This document shows, piece after piece, positions 10,048 through 17,161 of a stretch of DNA of 64,000 bases (the stretch's first letter is position 1; each line of letters opens with the position of its first letter). Below the pieces are notes generated by a model, which did no database searches, was not told where the DNA came from, and saw only the letters and a program-made list of their open reading frames with translations. Position numbers and translations under genes: made by a program. Location: positions 4,985-68,984 of the IMG/VR virus record IMGVR_UViG_3300036647_000024. One strand, written 5' to 3'. This DNA comes from a virus. Its lineage: Duplodnaviria; Caudoviricetes.

Positions 10048-10506
10048 ATGAAACTACGAAAATACACACAAGAAGAACTTACAGAAGCAGTTGTTAATTC
10101 TACTTCTTATCGTCAAGTTTTAAAAAAACTTAATGTTGTTCCTGCTGGTGGTAATTATCAAACACTTAAGAAAGCAATTAAACATTTTGGTCTAGATAGT
10201 ACACATTTCCTTGGTCGACGGTCAAACCTTGGAAAGAAGTTTGGCTATAAGCGAGCAATTGAAGAATATCTTGAGAATCGACAACCAATTCAATCATATA
10301 AGCTTAAGAATCGTCTTTTAAGTGAGAAGATATTTGAAGCTCAATGTATGAATTGTTTAAGAACTACTTGGGAACATCATCTGATTCCGCTTGAGCTTCA
10401 TCATATAGATGGTAATACTCAAAATAATTCTCTAGATAATCTTAAATTGTTATGTCCAAATTGTCATGCTTTAACTGATAATTATCGTGCTAGAAATTCC
10501 TCCTAA
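10048..10506 (+). CDS. HNH endonuclease (putative intron homing endonuclease)
   Basis: CMNC..ELHHIDGN..NN..DNL..LCPNCH motif; SD TAGGAG; the only convincing plus-strand gene in the left arm. Confidence 0.9.
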   Translation: MKLRKYTQEELTEAVVNSTSYRQVLKKLNVVPAGGNYQTLKKAIKHFGLDSTHFLGRRSNLGKKFGYKRAIEEYLENRQPIQSYKLKNRLLSEKIFEAQCMNCLRTTWEHHLIPLELHHIDGNTQNNSLDNLKLLCPNCHALTDNYRARNSS

Positions 10507-10704
10507 AGCTTAGCTCGGGATTGCCATCACCATAATGTGTTAAGGTTTCCCCGAATTTGACCTGATTCGTCTAGAAGTTTCCTTTCTAGATGCTCAATTT
10601 TAGTATAAGTCTGCCGTGTAATCCATTCCACCACACCTGCATACATTTGTTTAGTCAATTACCCAGAAGTCTATATAATACATTCCTGGTTTATAATCTG
10701 TTTG

Positions 10705-10992
10705 TTAAATACATAGCCAAGTTACTATAATTACTATCATTAAAACAAATGACCATCCATAGATGGCATTTCTGTACTTTTGCCATATAGTCTTAGGCTC
10801 AAATAATTTACAATCATTACGCAAGTTTATATATCTACAACGTGATCTACTAAAATCTAAATATGGACCATTGACTGCATCTAGCATCCATGTTCCGTTG
10901 TCTGGATGATGACATTCTGGCGTATTATGATAGTCTTTTCCTACTTCTAGATATGTACAATCTTTACATAATACTTTGTTTGTTTTATTCAT
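10705..10992 (-). CDS. Cys-rich protein with C-terminal TM helix
   Basis: CKDC..CHHP..C..C followed by a hydrophobic tail. Confidence 0.6.
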   Translation of the reverse strand: MNKTNKVLCKDCTYLEVGKDYHNTPECHHPDNGTWMLDAVNGPYLDFSRSRCRYINLRNDCKLFEPKTIWQKYRNAIYGWSFVLMIVIIVTWLCI

Positions 10993-11020
10993 AATTGTAT
11001 ATTTTTTCTTATTAATTTAG

Positions 11021-11094
11021 TCCGCCCCCGAAGATTTGAACTTCGCACCTGTCGCTTATAAGGCGACTGCTCTAACCATCTGAGCTAGAAGCGG
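11021..11094 (-). tRNA. trnI: tRNA-Ile(UAU)
   Basis: Anticodon arm GTCGC-CT-TAT-AA-GCGAC, D arm GCTC/GAGC, T arm CGAAG-TTCAAAT-CTTCG; followed by CTA. Confidence 0.9.
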
Positions 11095-11255
11095 ATAGGT
11101 AGGTTAGTTGTTCTTTTCTAACAAACAAGGACAATCTTTGGCTTTAATCTTAGTTTCTTCTAATGAAGTATAGCTTGTGATTCCAATTATCATTATAAAG
11201 AGGAAGATCATACTTATAATAAATATTGCTTTAAGTTTATCGTCACTATCCATTT

Positions 11256-11438
11256 TTACCTCTCAAGAAATAATTCTTTATGAGTGCAGCTACACCTATG
11301 TTTAGTCATTTTGTCAGCACATTTTTGACAACAACATCCGTGATTATCATATTCATCTTTTCTAGGAGTGTAACGCTTGTTACAATTATTACATTTGTGA
11401 ATTTCTTTTTTCTTTGCCATTTTATTTTTTCTTTCCAA
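11256..11438 (-). CDS. Cys-rich zinc-finger miniprotein
   Basis: CNNC...CCCQKC. Confidence 0.5.
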   Translation of the reverse strand: MERKNKMAKKKEIHKCNNCNKRYTPRKDEYDNHGCCCQKCADKMTKHRCSCTHKELFLER

Positions 11439-11637
11439 TGTTAGCTATCTTTTCTGCTAAATTAATTATGAGATACACAATTGCAAGTATTGTAAGTATT
11501 GGCCAAAGGAACATTGTTAAAAGTGCATCTGCAATATACTTATCATTTGTTTCTGTAATAAGATCAAATCTTATACTTAGAATCATAGCAATAAATCCTA
11601 TAAGGAAATATATAGCTATTCCTATAGCAATATTCAT
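11422..11637 (-). CDS. small membrane protein
   Basis: Two TM helices, FLWP motif. Confidence 0.6.
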   Translation of the reverse strand: MNIAIGIAIYFLIGFIAMILSIRFDLITETNDKYIADALLTMFLWPILTILAIVYLIINLAEKIANIGKKK

Positions 11638-11639
11638 TC

Positions 11640-11882
11640 TTATTTCTCCGTTTGACAGATCTGTCCTTCTGCTAGCTTAGCGAAGTATGTGTTAATTGGT
11701 CCTCCTTGAGCTAGAAAAAACATTAACACAAGTGCTGTGATATAGAGTATATGAGTTAATGGTCTAACTGCATATTTACCTGCTACAAGGCCAAAGGTAA
11801 ATGCAATTAGATTACTCCCTTTCCTCGGCCTGGGATTTTCAGTCATCTTTATTTTCTCCTTCGGGAAGCATCTTTCTTTCAA
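11640..11882 (-). CDS. small membrane protein
   Basis: Hydrophobic segments; start uncertain. Confidence 0.5.
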   Translation of the reverse strand: MKERCFPKEKIKMTENPRPRKGSNLIAFTFGLVAGKYAVRPLTHILYITALVLMFFLAQGGPINTYFAKLAEGQICQTEK

Positions 11883-12684
11883 ATTTGCTGGAAATAGTAT
11901 CTAGCATTCCTTCAATCATATTCTTGATTTTCTTCTGACAGCGGCCGTCATTAAAGAAATAATCAATTGCTACTACAATAAGAAGTGGGAAGATAATATC
12001 TTCATGTTGTTTGTAGTACTCTTTTAGTTTGTCGATCATTGACTTTTTCTCCTTTATAATTATTTTTGTTATCGTGTTTTCCTTATCTGAAATTTTAGTA
12101 TTCTCTTCTTTTAAACTGTATTTATTTAAAACTTCTTTAAGACGTTCGTAGTCTTGATCAGATATTTTTTCGTCTTCTACAGAGTATTTTATATCTTTGT
12201 ACGATCCATCTTTATAGTAAATACGAAATCCACTTCTCTCACTATTATATTTCCATTTCTCTATACAATAAATATTAGTAGTACGAATATATGTTGAACC
12301 AATACTTTCTGGAAGCCATATAAATTTTTGTGCTATCATTTCTCCGCTCTTTAATAATGTATTATTATCTTCTCCTTTTGAATGCTTATCTATATTATTT
12401 TCAGTATATCCTACTAGTCTATTAATTTCTTGTTCATCTTTGAGAAGACTATGTTTTGCTTCGTAATTATCATAGTAGAACAAATTATTACTTTTACTTT
12501 GATCTTTATAGCTTATAATAAGACGTTTTGCATAATTTGGTTGTGCAAAAGCATACTTTACTTCATTTAAATAGATGATACTATGGTTTCTATCATCCAA
12601 AGTATATGTTTCTTCAGAAGGTGATATCTTTGGCAGTTCTAATAATCTTGGTGGAACTGGTGGAACTGGTGGAAATAATGGCAT
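11839..12684 (-). CDS. hypothetical protein with Pro-rich N-terminus and C-terminal TM
   Basis: 281-aa ORF. Confidence 0.65.
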   Translation of the reverse strand: MPLFPPVPPVPPRLLELPKISPSEETYTLDDRNHSIIYLNEVKYAFAQPNYAKRLIISYKDQSKSNNLFYYDNYEAKHSLLKDEQEINRLVGYTENNIDKHSKGEDNNTLLKSGEMIAQKFIWLPESIGSTYIRTTNIYCIEKWKYNSERSGFRIYYKDGSYKDIKYSVEDEKISDQDYERLKEVLNKYSLKEENTKISDKENTITKIIIKEKKSMIDKLKEYYKQHEDIIFPLLIVVAIDYFFNDGRCQKKIKNMIEGMLDTISSKFERKMLPEGENKDD

Positions 12685-13347
12685 TTATTTATTCCTATTC
12701 TTTCTTCTTGGCTTTTTACTTATTACTGTCTTAAAGCTTTTACTATCAAAACCTTTTTTATCTCTCATATCTTCATCTGAGATTTGAATAGTTTCTTTAT
12801 CTTCTTGTCCTAATACGCCTGATATAAACATACTTATTTCTTGAAAAGCAGTATAAGGATCTTTTATCTTTTGAAAATTAAAGTCCTTCAAACAAGAGTT
12901 TTTATATACTACTTTGTGAAATTTTCCTCTATCGAAATTTTCTACAATAGTAATTATTGGAGTTTTGTTTATAATAAATGACTCAACATCATTGATTTTA
13001 CTTATTTCGTTGAATAAATTTTTCTTGTTGAATTTAGATTCTGAATTCCACGGTACATAAATTTTATTTTCAAGTTTAATGTCTTTTAAGTCTTCATAAG
13101 AGTAGAAAGAATGTTCTTCAGTTTCAACAACTAAATACCATTTACCACAGAAACCGATTATACTTTGGTACATATAATTCTTTCTATCTCGGCCGAAGTA
13201 GCCATTTCCTACAAATTTCATAAGTAAATTGATAGTATCTGTGATATGTTCTATTTCTTCTTCTTCTCTCTTATATAGAATTGTTGAATCAATACCATAT
13301 CTTAATGCTATATCATAGTAATCATGAAATTTTGAAAAGATTCTCAT
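12685..13347 (-). CDS. conserved phage hypothetical protein
   Basis: MRIFSKFHDYYD...DPYTAFQEISMF...KGFD..SF pattern recognised from phage proteins. Confidence 0.7.
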   Translation of the reverse strand: MRIFSKFHDYYDIALRYGIDSTILYKREEEEIEHITDTINLLMKFVGNGYFGRDRKNYMYQSIIGFCGKWYLVVETEEHSFYSYEDLKDIKLENKIYVPWNSESKFNKKNLFNEISKINDVESFIINKTPIITIVENFDRGKFHKVVYKNSCLKDFNFQKIKDPYTAFQEISMFISGVLGQEDKETIQISDEDMRDKKGFDSKSFKTVISKKPRRKNRNK

Positions 13348-13364
13348 TAATAGTTATTCCTTTA

Positions 13365-13433
13365 TAGATTGGTCTGGAATCGAACCAGAGTTACTCCTTC
13401 AGAGGGAGGGCTCTACCACTGAGCTACCAATCT
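13365..13433 (-). tRNA. trnQ: tRNA-Gln(CUG), slightly non-canonical anticodon stem
   Basis: Acceptor AGATTGG/CCAATCT, loop CT-CTG-AA with a 4-bp stem, T arm TCTGG-TTCGATT-CCAGA. Confidence 0.75.
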
Positions 13434-13548
13434 GGTTAATAGTAGGGTTCGAGAGCCAACTATGCGACAGATCATTATCCATAGTTATATTTACCACTCT
13501 ATCCAGTACCCTCAGTTGGGCAGTCTTAGCTGGAGTATCTACTATTAG

Positions 13549-13628
13549 AGGACTGAGTGAGATTTGAACTCACGGTGTATAATACATGATTAAAAGTCAT
13601 GTGCCATCGACCACTCGGCCATCAGTCC
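13549..13628 (-). tRNA. trnK: tRNA-Lys(UUU) with an extended variable region
   Basis: Acceptor GGACTGA/TCAGTCC, arm CATGA-CT-TTT-AA-TCATG, T arm GTGAG-TTCAAAT-CTCAC; followed by CTA. Confidence 0.85.
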
Positions 13629-13659
13629 TAGAATTTATATGCTTTATTAAATTTTATAG

Positions 13660-13685
13660 CACGCCCGGCCCGACTTGAACCTACA
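13660..13685 (-). pseudogene. degenerate tRNA 3' remnant
   Basis: GTAGGTTCAAGTC...CGGGCGT-G-CTA; T stem broken and no 5' half found. Confidence 0.45.
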
Positions 13686-13735
13686 AATAATATAAGTTTC
13701 TTGACTTGTAGGTTCGATCTTGATAATCTTTTTAG

Positions 13736-13775
13736 TAGGGCAGGAGGGACTCGAACCCCCATCGATCCAATTACG
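13736..13775 (-). pseudogene. orphan tRNA 3' half fused to the HNH stop codon
   Basis: Intact T arm GGGGG-TTCGAGT-CCCTC, acceptor 3' strand CTGCCCT-A, then CTA; no adjacent D arm. Confidence 0.6.
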
Positions 13776-14214
13776 GTGCTCTAAAATCTTCAATGTTTAA
13801 GAAACCATTATGGGTTTCCCAATGACAATTTCTACAAAGAGGAACAACATTTAGTTCTGAGTTTACTTCACCAAGAGTAGCAGTATCACTGAATTTTGAA
13901 ATTGGTTTGATATGACATAATTCTACAAATTTGTCGTAACCACAATTTTTACACCCTTCAGTAGTGAGTTTAGAAAGCCAACTTCTACAAAGGGTTCTTA
14001 CTCTTGCATGAAGCCAAGAAGGGTGTTTGTTCTTAACTGCTAAAGATTTTCTAACTTCTCCTATAGTTGTTTCTTTAGAGAACTCAGATCGTCGAGCACA
14101 AGCACACTTTGTACAAATTTTAGACTCAGGAAGTATCCATTCTTCTCCACAGTCAGAACAGAGCTTTTTATTTTTCTCTCTCCATTCTTTTACACGTTTG
14201 CTTTCTTTTTTCAT
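13771..14214 (-). CDS. free-standing HNH endonuclease
   Basis: N-terminal CSDC..CTKC; CKNCGY..ELCHIKP..N..PLCRNCHWETH. Confidence 0.85.
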   Translation of the reverse strand: MKKESKRVKEWREKNKKLCSDCGEEWILPESKICTKCACARRSEFSKETTIGEVRKSLAVKNKHPSWLHARVRTLCRSWLSKLTTEGCKNCGYDKFVELCHIKPISKFSDTATLGEVNSELNVVPLCRNCHWETHNGFLNIEDFRAP

Positions 14215-14218
14215 TTAG

Positions 14219-14291
14219 CCTCCTCGGCAGGAATCGAACCTGCATAAAACCAGATTAGAAGTCTGGTGTTCATCCATTGAACCACGAGGAG
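14219..14291 (-). tRNA. trnR: tRNA-Arg(UCU)
   Basis: Acceptor CTCCTCG/CGAGGAG, arm CCAGA-CT-TCT-AA-TCTGG, T arm GCAGG-TTCGATT-CCTGC; followed by CTA. Confidence 0.9.
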
Positions 14292-14320
14292 ATAATAATA
14301 TTCTTTGTTACAATTGTCAA
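14292..14320 (-). promoter_or_regulatory. sigma70-like promoter abutting tRNA-Arg
   Basis: TTGACA-N17-TATTAT. Confidence 0.6.
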
Positions 14321-14359
14321 TACATAGAAGTCACGTCCGATACTGCCCCAAAATGTAAA

Positions 14360-14605
14360 TTACTTTATATATTTAAATGACTTTAGAATTTCTAGTTTAG
14401 TTCGAAGATACTTAACATACTCATGTTCCTCTTTTGTTTCTTTATATATTTCTTCTGCATTAAGTTCTATGAGTTTTTCAGGTAATGATTCTAATACAGT
14501 TAAATAAACTGTATCATGAAAGGCTTGTATTCCTGTTGGATCTGCGTCCCATTGATCGTCAATTCCTTCAGGATATTCAATTTCACAAACAATCCTCTTT
14601 TTCAT
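14360..14605 (-). CDS. hypothetical protein
   Basis: 81-aa ORF. Confidence 0.6.
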   Translation of the reverse strand: MKKRIVCEIEYPEGIDDQWDADPTGIQAFHDTVYLTVLESLPEKLIELNAEEIYKETKEEHEYVKYLRTKLEILKSFKYIK

Positions 14606-14606
14606 T

Positions 14607-15047
14607 TTAATCAGTTTCTATAATGATTTGTTTTGGCCACCAAGAAGGCAGTTGATTTTCTAGCCTTGCTGCCATTTTTTCTATTGTAGCGCGGGGAACA
14701 TTATGAATATTTCTTTTAACAGAAGTTTCTACTGAACACTTACAATAGATAAGTTCTACTTGATAATTAAAACTGTATGCAGTTTCTTTATAATTACGCA
14801 TTTCCTTTTCAGAAGTGTTAGTATTATCGACAATAACTAATGGGTTGCTTAGATTAAGAAGTCCTTTAAATTTGTTGTAACAGCATTTATGGGCTTCCCC
14901 AAGTTTATTAACATTAAACTTGTAGCTTCCATCTTTTTGAATCCAGAAGTGATCTGCAGAACAAACAATGGCATCAGGGTAATTATCTTTAATATAAGTA
15001 CTTTTCCCGCTGCCCGGTAAACCTCTCATAATAATTACTTTTTTCAT
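14607..15047 (-). CDS. AAA_33 / polynucleotide-kinase-like P-loop protein
   Basis: IIMRGLPGSGKST Walker A, VIVDNTN, RNIHNVP. Confidence 0.8.
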   Translation of the reverse strand: MKKVIIMRGLPGSGKSTYIKDNYPDAIVCSADHFWIQKDGSYKFNVNKLGEAHKCCYNKFKGLLNLSNPLVIVDNTNTSEKEMRNYKETAYSFNYQVELIYCKCSVETSVKRNIHNVPRATIEKMAARLENQLPSWWPKQIIIETD

Positions 15048-15068
15048 TTTATTCCTTATTATGCTTTA

Positions 15069-15272
15069 TTAGCCTTTTGAATTTTCATAATTATCTATGT
15101 ATTCCTTAACAGTATTATAAAATTCTTCTGTTATCTCTGCTTCACCAGTAATAACATCTACGAGATATTCTGCAAATGTATCTAGTAGTATATCTTTATA
15201 CTTTATTGATAATGAATCATAATAATTATCGAATTCTTTATTTATATCAATTGCCATTTTAGTCCTTATCAA
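15069..15272 (-). CDS. hypothetical acidic protein
   Basis: 67-aa ORF. Confidence 0.5.
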   Translation of the reverse strand: MIRTKMAIDINKEFDNYYDSLSIKYKDILLDTFAEYLVDVITGEAEITEEFYNTVKEYIDNYENSKG

Positions 15273-15612
15273 AAAGAATTTTTTGTAAATCTTTGCAGAT
15301 TGCTTTTACATCGCAGATTTTATCTTGTAAATAGTTAATTCGTATGTCTTTTTCGTCTTTATTGTCGTAGTACATACATCTTGCAGCATTATATGTCTCA
15401 TCATCAAAATAGGATAAATCCCCAGCTCCAGATAATGAGTATCCAATCAATTGGGCAAATTGTATTCGGTCATCATTATCAAAGTTCATCCTGGCGATAT
15501 CGTTCAGATCATGTGGCCCAGCATCTAAGAGCCACTGAACAATTTTGTTTGGCTTAAAACGGATGACTCCGTGTTCATCTTTATATAACGGTTGAATCGG
15601 GTGTTTTTCCAT
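15259..15612 (-). CDS. conserved phage hypothetical protein
   Basis: HPIQP...RFKPNKIV..LLD...QFAQLIGYSLSG; start moved to the ATG behind an AAGGAG SD. Confidence 0.7.
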   Translation of the reverse strand: MEKHPIQPLYKDEHGVIRFKPNKIVQWLLDAGPHDLNDIARMNFDNDDRIQFAQLIGYSLSGAGDLSYFDDETYNAARCMYYDNKDEKDIRINYLQDKICDVKAICKDLQKILFDKD

Positions 15613-15626
15613 TGTTTCTCCTTTTG

Positions 15627-15713
15627 TGGGCAAGATAGGATTTGCACCTATAATCTAGCTGCGCAGGCTAGAACTCCTGCTACGGAGCTGCGTCTACATT
15701 CCGCCACTTGCCT
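15627..15713 (-). tRNA. degenerate class II tRNA, Leu(UAG)-like
   Basis: Leu-type D arm GCGGAATGTAGACGC, long variable arm CTAGC/GCTAG, T arm ATAGG-TGCAAAT-CCTAT; 6-nt anticodon loop GTAGCA and a 1:72 mismatch. Confidence 0.55.
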
Positions 15714-16195
15714 AAAATATGTCGGATTTCCAGCGTCACCGACTAAAATAACTCTTTTGTCTTTTGGCTCAAAGACCTTACTCTTGCCTAAGACTTTGAT
15801 AGCTTCGTGGTTGGTCTTTACCACGGGCTGATTAGCTGTTGTAATTAAATAGATGGTCTCACTACGCTAATATATTAGCACCGGGTCTGTGCGGCCAGTC
15901 CATCTAAACCTCTGGTTTATCTAGAATCGCCAGTTTATTACTGTTCTAGAAACAGAAGCAGTTTTATATCTTGCTTAGGAGTTAATAAAATCCTAGTAAA
16001 AGCTTATAGGCCTAAGGTTATGCTAGCTTCCTTTGCCTACCCATTTAGCCATCGTACTTGCGTCCAAGTTCTCCGACTACAGTAGTCACGGATTAGTTCT
16101 AAACGAACTCATTGATAACGATGCTAGGATTTATATTTTAGCAATCTCTATTCTATGGGGTTGCTTCGCATCCCAGAGATCGCTTAACGCTGTCT
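15714..16195 (-). ncRNA. candidate large structured ncRNA (~480 nt)
   Basis: No credible ORF; at least 10 hairpins visible; lies immediately upstream of a tRNA-like gene. Confidence 0.6.
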
Positions 16196-16201
16196 TTAAC
16201 T

Positions 16202-16414
16202 TTATTTCTTTTCTGGATCTATTCCTTGAAGCTTAAGTTTATCTTTTAGAATATCCATCTCATTTTGAAGACGATTACATACTTCTTCAATTGAGGTTTC
16301 TTTCTTAAGTCTTCCTTTCTTTGTCTCTTCAAGTTTGATATCTTCTGGATGATTTAGAACTATTCTAATTCTATAATATGCTGCTAATTGACGATTTATT
16401 TTGTTCTTCTTCAT
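16202..16414 (-). CDS. hypothetical protein
   Basis: 70-aa ORF with GGAGG SD. Confidence 0.6.
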   Translation of the reverse strand: MKKNKINRQLAAYYRIRIVLNHPEDIKLEETKKGRLKKETSIEEVCNRLQNEMDILKDKLKLQGIDPEKK

Positions 16415-16491
16415 AGTTTACCTCCAAAGAATTTTAGTTAACATTAGAACATATATTACTATTGGAATTAGTATTCCGATAAATAACCAAA

Positions 16492-16719
16492 TCAATTTGT
16501 TTTCTTCTCTGTAATAGTTACTTCATCCATAAGAATTGCTTCTACAAGAGGGTTGTTGCAATATGCACTATCCCCTATTTTCAAGAATCTGCAGGTGTGA
16601 CAGGTCTCTTTAGAATATTTACATATCTTGCCTGCATCAACCTCACAGATAACCTTCACAACTAATTTTGCTTCTGGTATCTTAGCCATTATTGTTATCC
16701 TTTTTATTTGAGGACCCAT
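16492..16719 (-). CDS. Cys-rich hypothetical protein
   Basis: CKY..CHTC..YC; the true start is probably downstream of the tRNA overlap. Confidence 0.5.
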   Translation of the reverse strand: MGPQIKRITIMAKIPEAKLVVKVICEVDAGKICKYSKETCHTCRFLKIGDSAYCNNPLVEAILMDEVTITEKKTN

Positions 16720-16784
16720 CCAGAATTGAACTGGAAACCATCCGGTTATGAGCCGGAAGCTCTAACCAATTGAGCTATGGGTCC
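16711..16784 (-). tRNA. tRNA(CAU), elongator Met or Ile2
   Basis: Acceptor GGACCCA/TGGGTCC, arm TCCGG-CT-CAT-AA-CCGGA; lacks initiator hallmarks. Confidence 0.85.
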
Positions 16785-16800
16785 ATTTATATTTCTGTAG

Positions 16801-17160
16801 CTATTTGAATTTTATTACTCTAATTTGTAGGTTATATTCTTCTGCAAGATTAATCATATGTTCTGTACCTTTAGATTTTCCATCCCAAAAGGCTACTAAA
16901 GCATCGGCATATTCTGCCATCTGTTTATTGCGTTTATATCCCGCGCTGCGACCAAAAACTTCCCAATTTGCTGGAAAACATTTTAGTTGTATACTGTTTG
17001 CAAAAGCATACCGTTCTCCAAGTTTATCAGCTCCATTTGCAGTACCTGATATAATTTCTACTACAGATTTTTCTTTATCCTGTAACAAGAAGTCTAGTTT
17101 GTCTCTCAATAACTCATAATTATTGAAATTTCTACTTCCAGCCACTATGACTTTAAACAT
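16801..17160 (-). CDS. SLOG family (DUF2493/YspA-like) protein
   Basis: VIVAGSRNF..EIISGTANGADKLGERYA..GYKRN..M..ALVAFWDG.S.GT. Confidence 0.85.
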   Translation of the reverse strand: MFKVIVAGSRNFNNYELLRDKLDFLLQDKEKSVVEIISGTANGADKLGERYAFANSIQLKCFPANWEVFGRSAGYKRNKQMAEYADALVAFWDGKSKGTEHMINLAEEYNLQIRVIKFK

Positions 17161-17161
17161 C

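Larger units (their letters stand above)
9921..10606 (-). mobile_element. group I intron (trnL-UAA / IC3-like), 686 nt, with an antisense HNH ORF in P6
   Basis: 5' splice site after U34, IGS TTGAGC, P2 with GAAA loop, P AATTCGGGGAAACC, Q GGCAATCCCGAGC, R GTGTAGAGACT, S AAGAGAAAGTCC, P9 with GAAA loop, terminal G. Confidence 0.92.
9872..10640 (-). tRNA. trnL: tRNA-Leu(UAA), split by an intron (5' exon 10607-10640, 3' exon 9872-9920)
   Basis: Joined exons give acceptor GCAGGTG/CACCTGT, Leu-type D arm, anticodon arm GCAGA-CT-TAA-AA-TCTGC, long variable arm CCCTGTAAAGGG and T arm GTGGG-TTCGAAT-CCCAC. Confidence 0.93.

Noticed and set aside
13733-14349. Second tmRNA formed by GGGGCAG...GAC (14349) and the orphan 3' half
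   Set aside because: No G3-U70 pair, poor P2 pairing and no tag ORF; the interval holds tRNA-Arg and an HNH. Kept only as a weak alternative.
15714-16195. RNase P RNA as the identity of the structured region
   Set aside because: The conserved GGAAAGUCC / P4 signature is not visible on either strand.
16033-16236. Plus-strand 67-aa ORF (also 15592-15831 +)
   Set aside because: Antisense to the gene run, no SD, and overlaps structured RNA or tRNA-like sequence.
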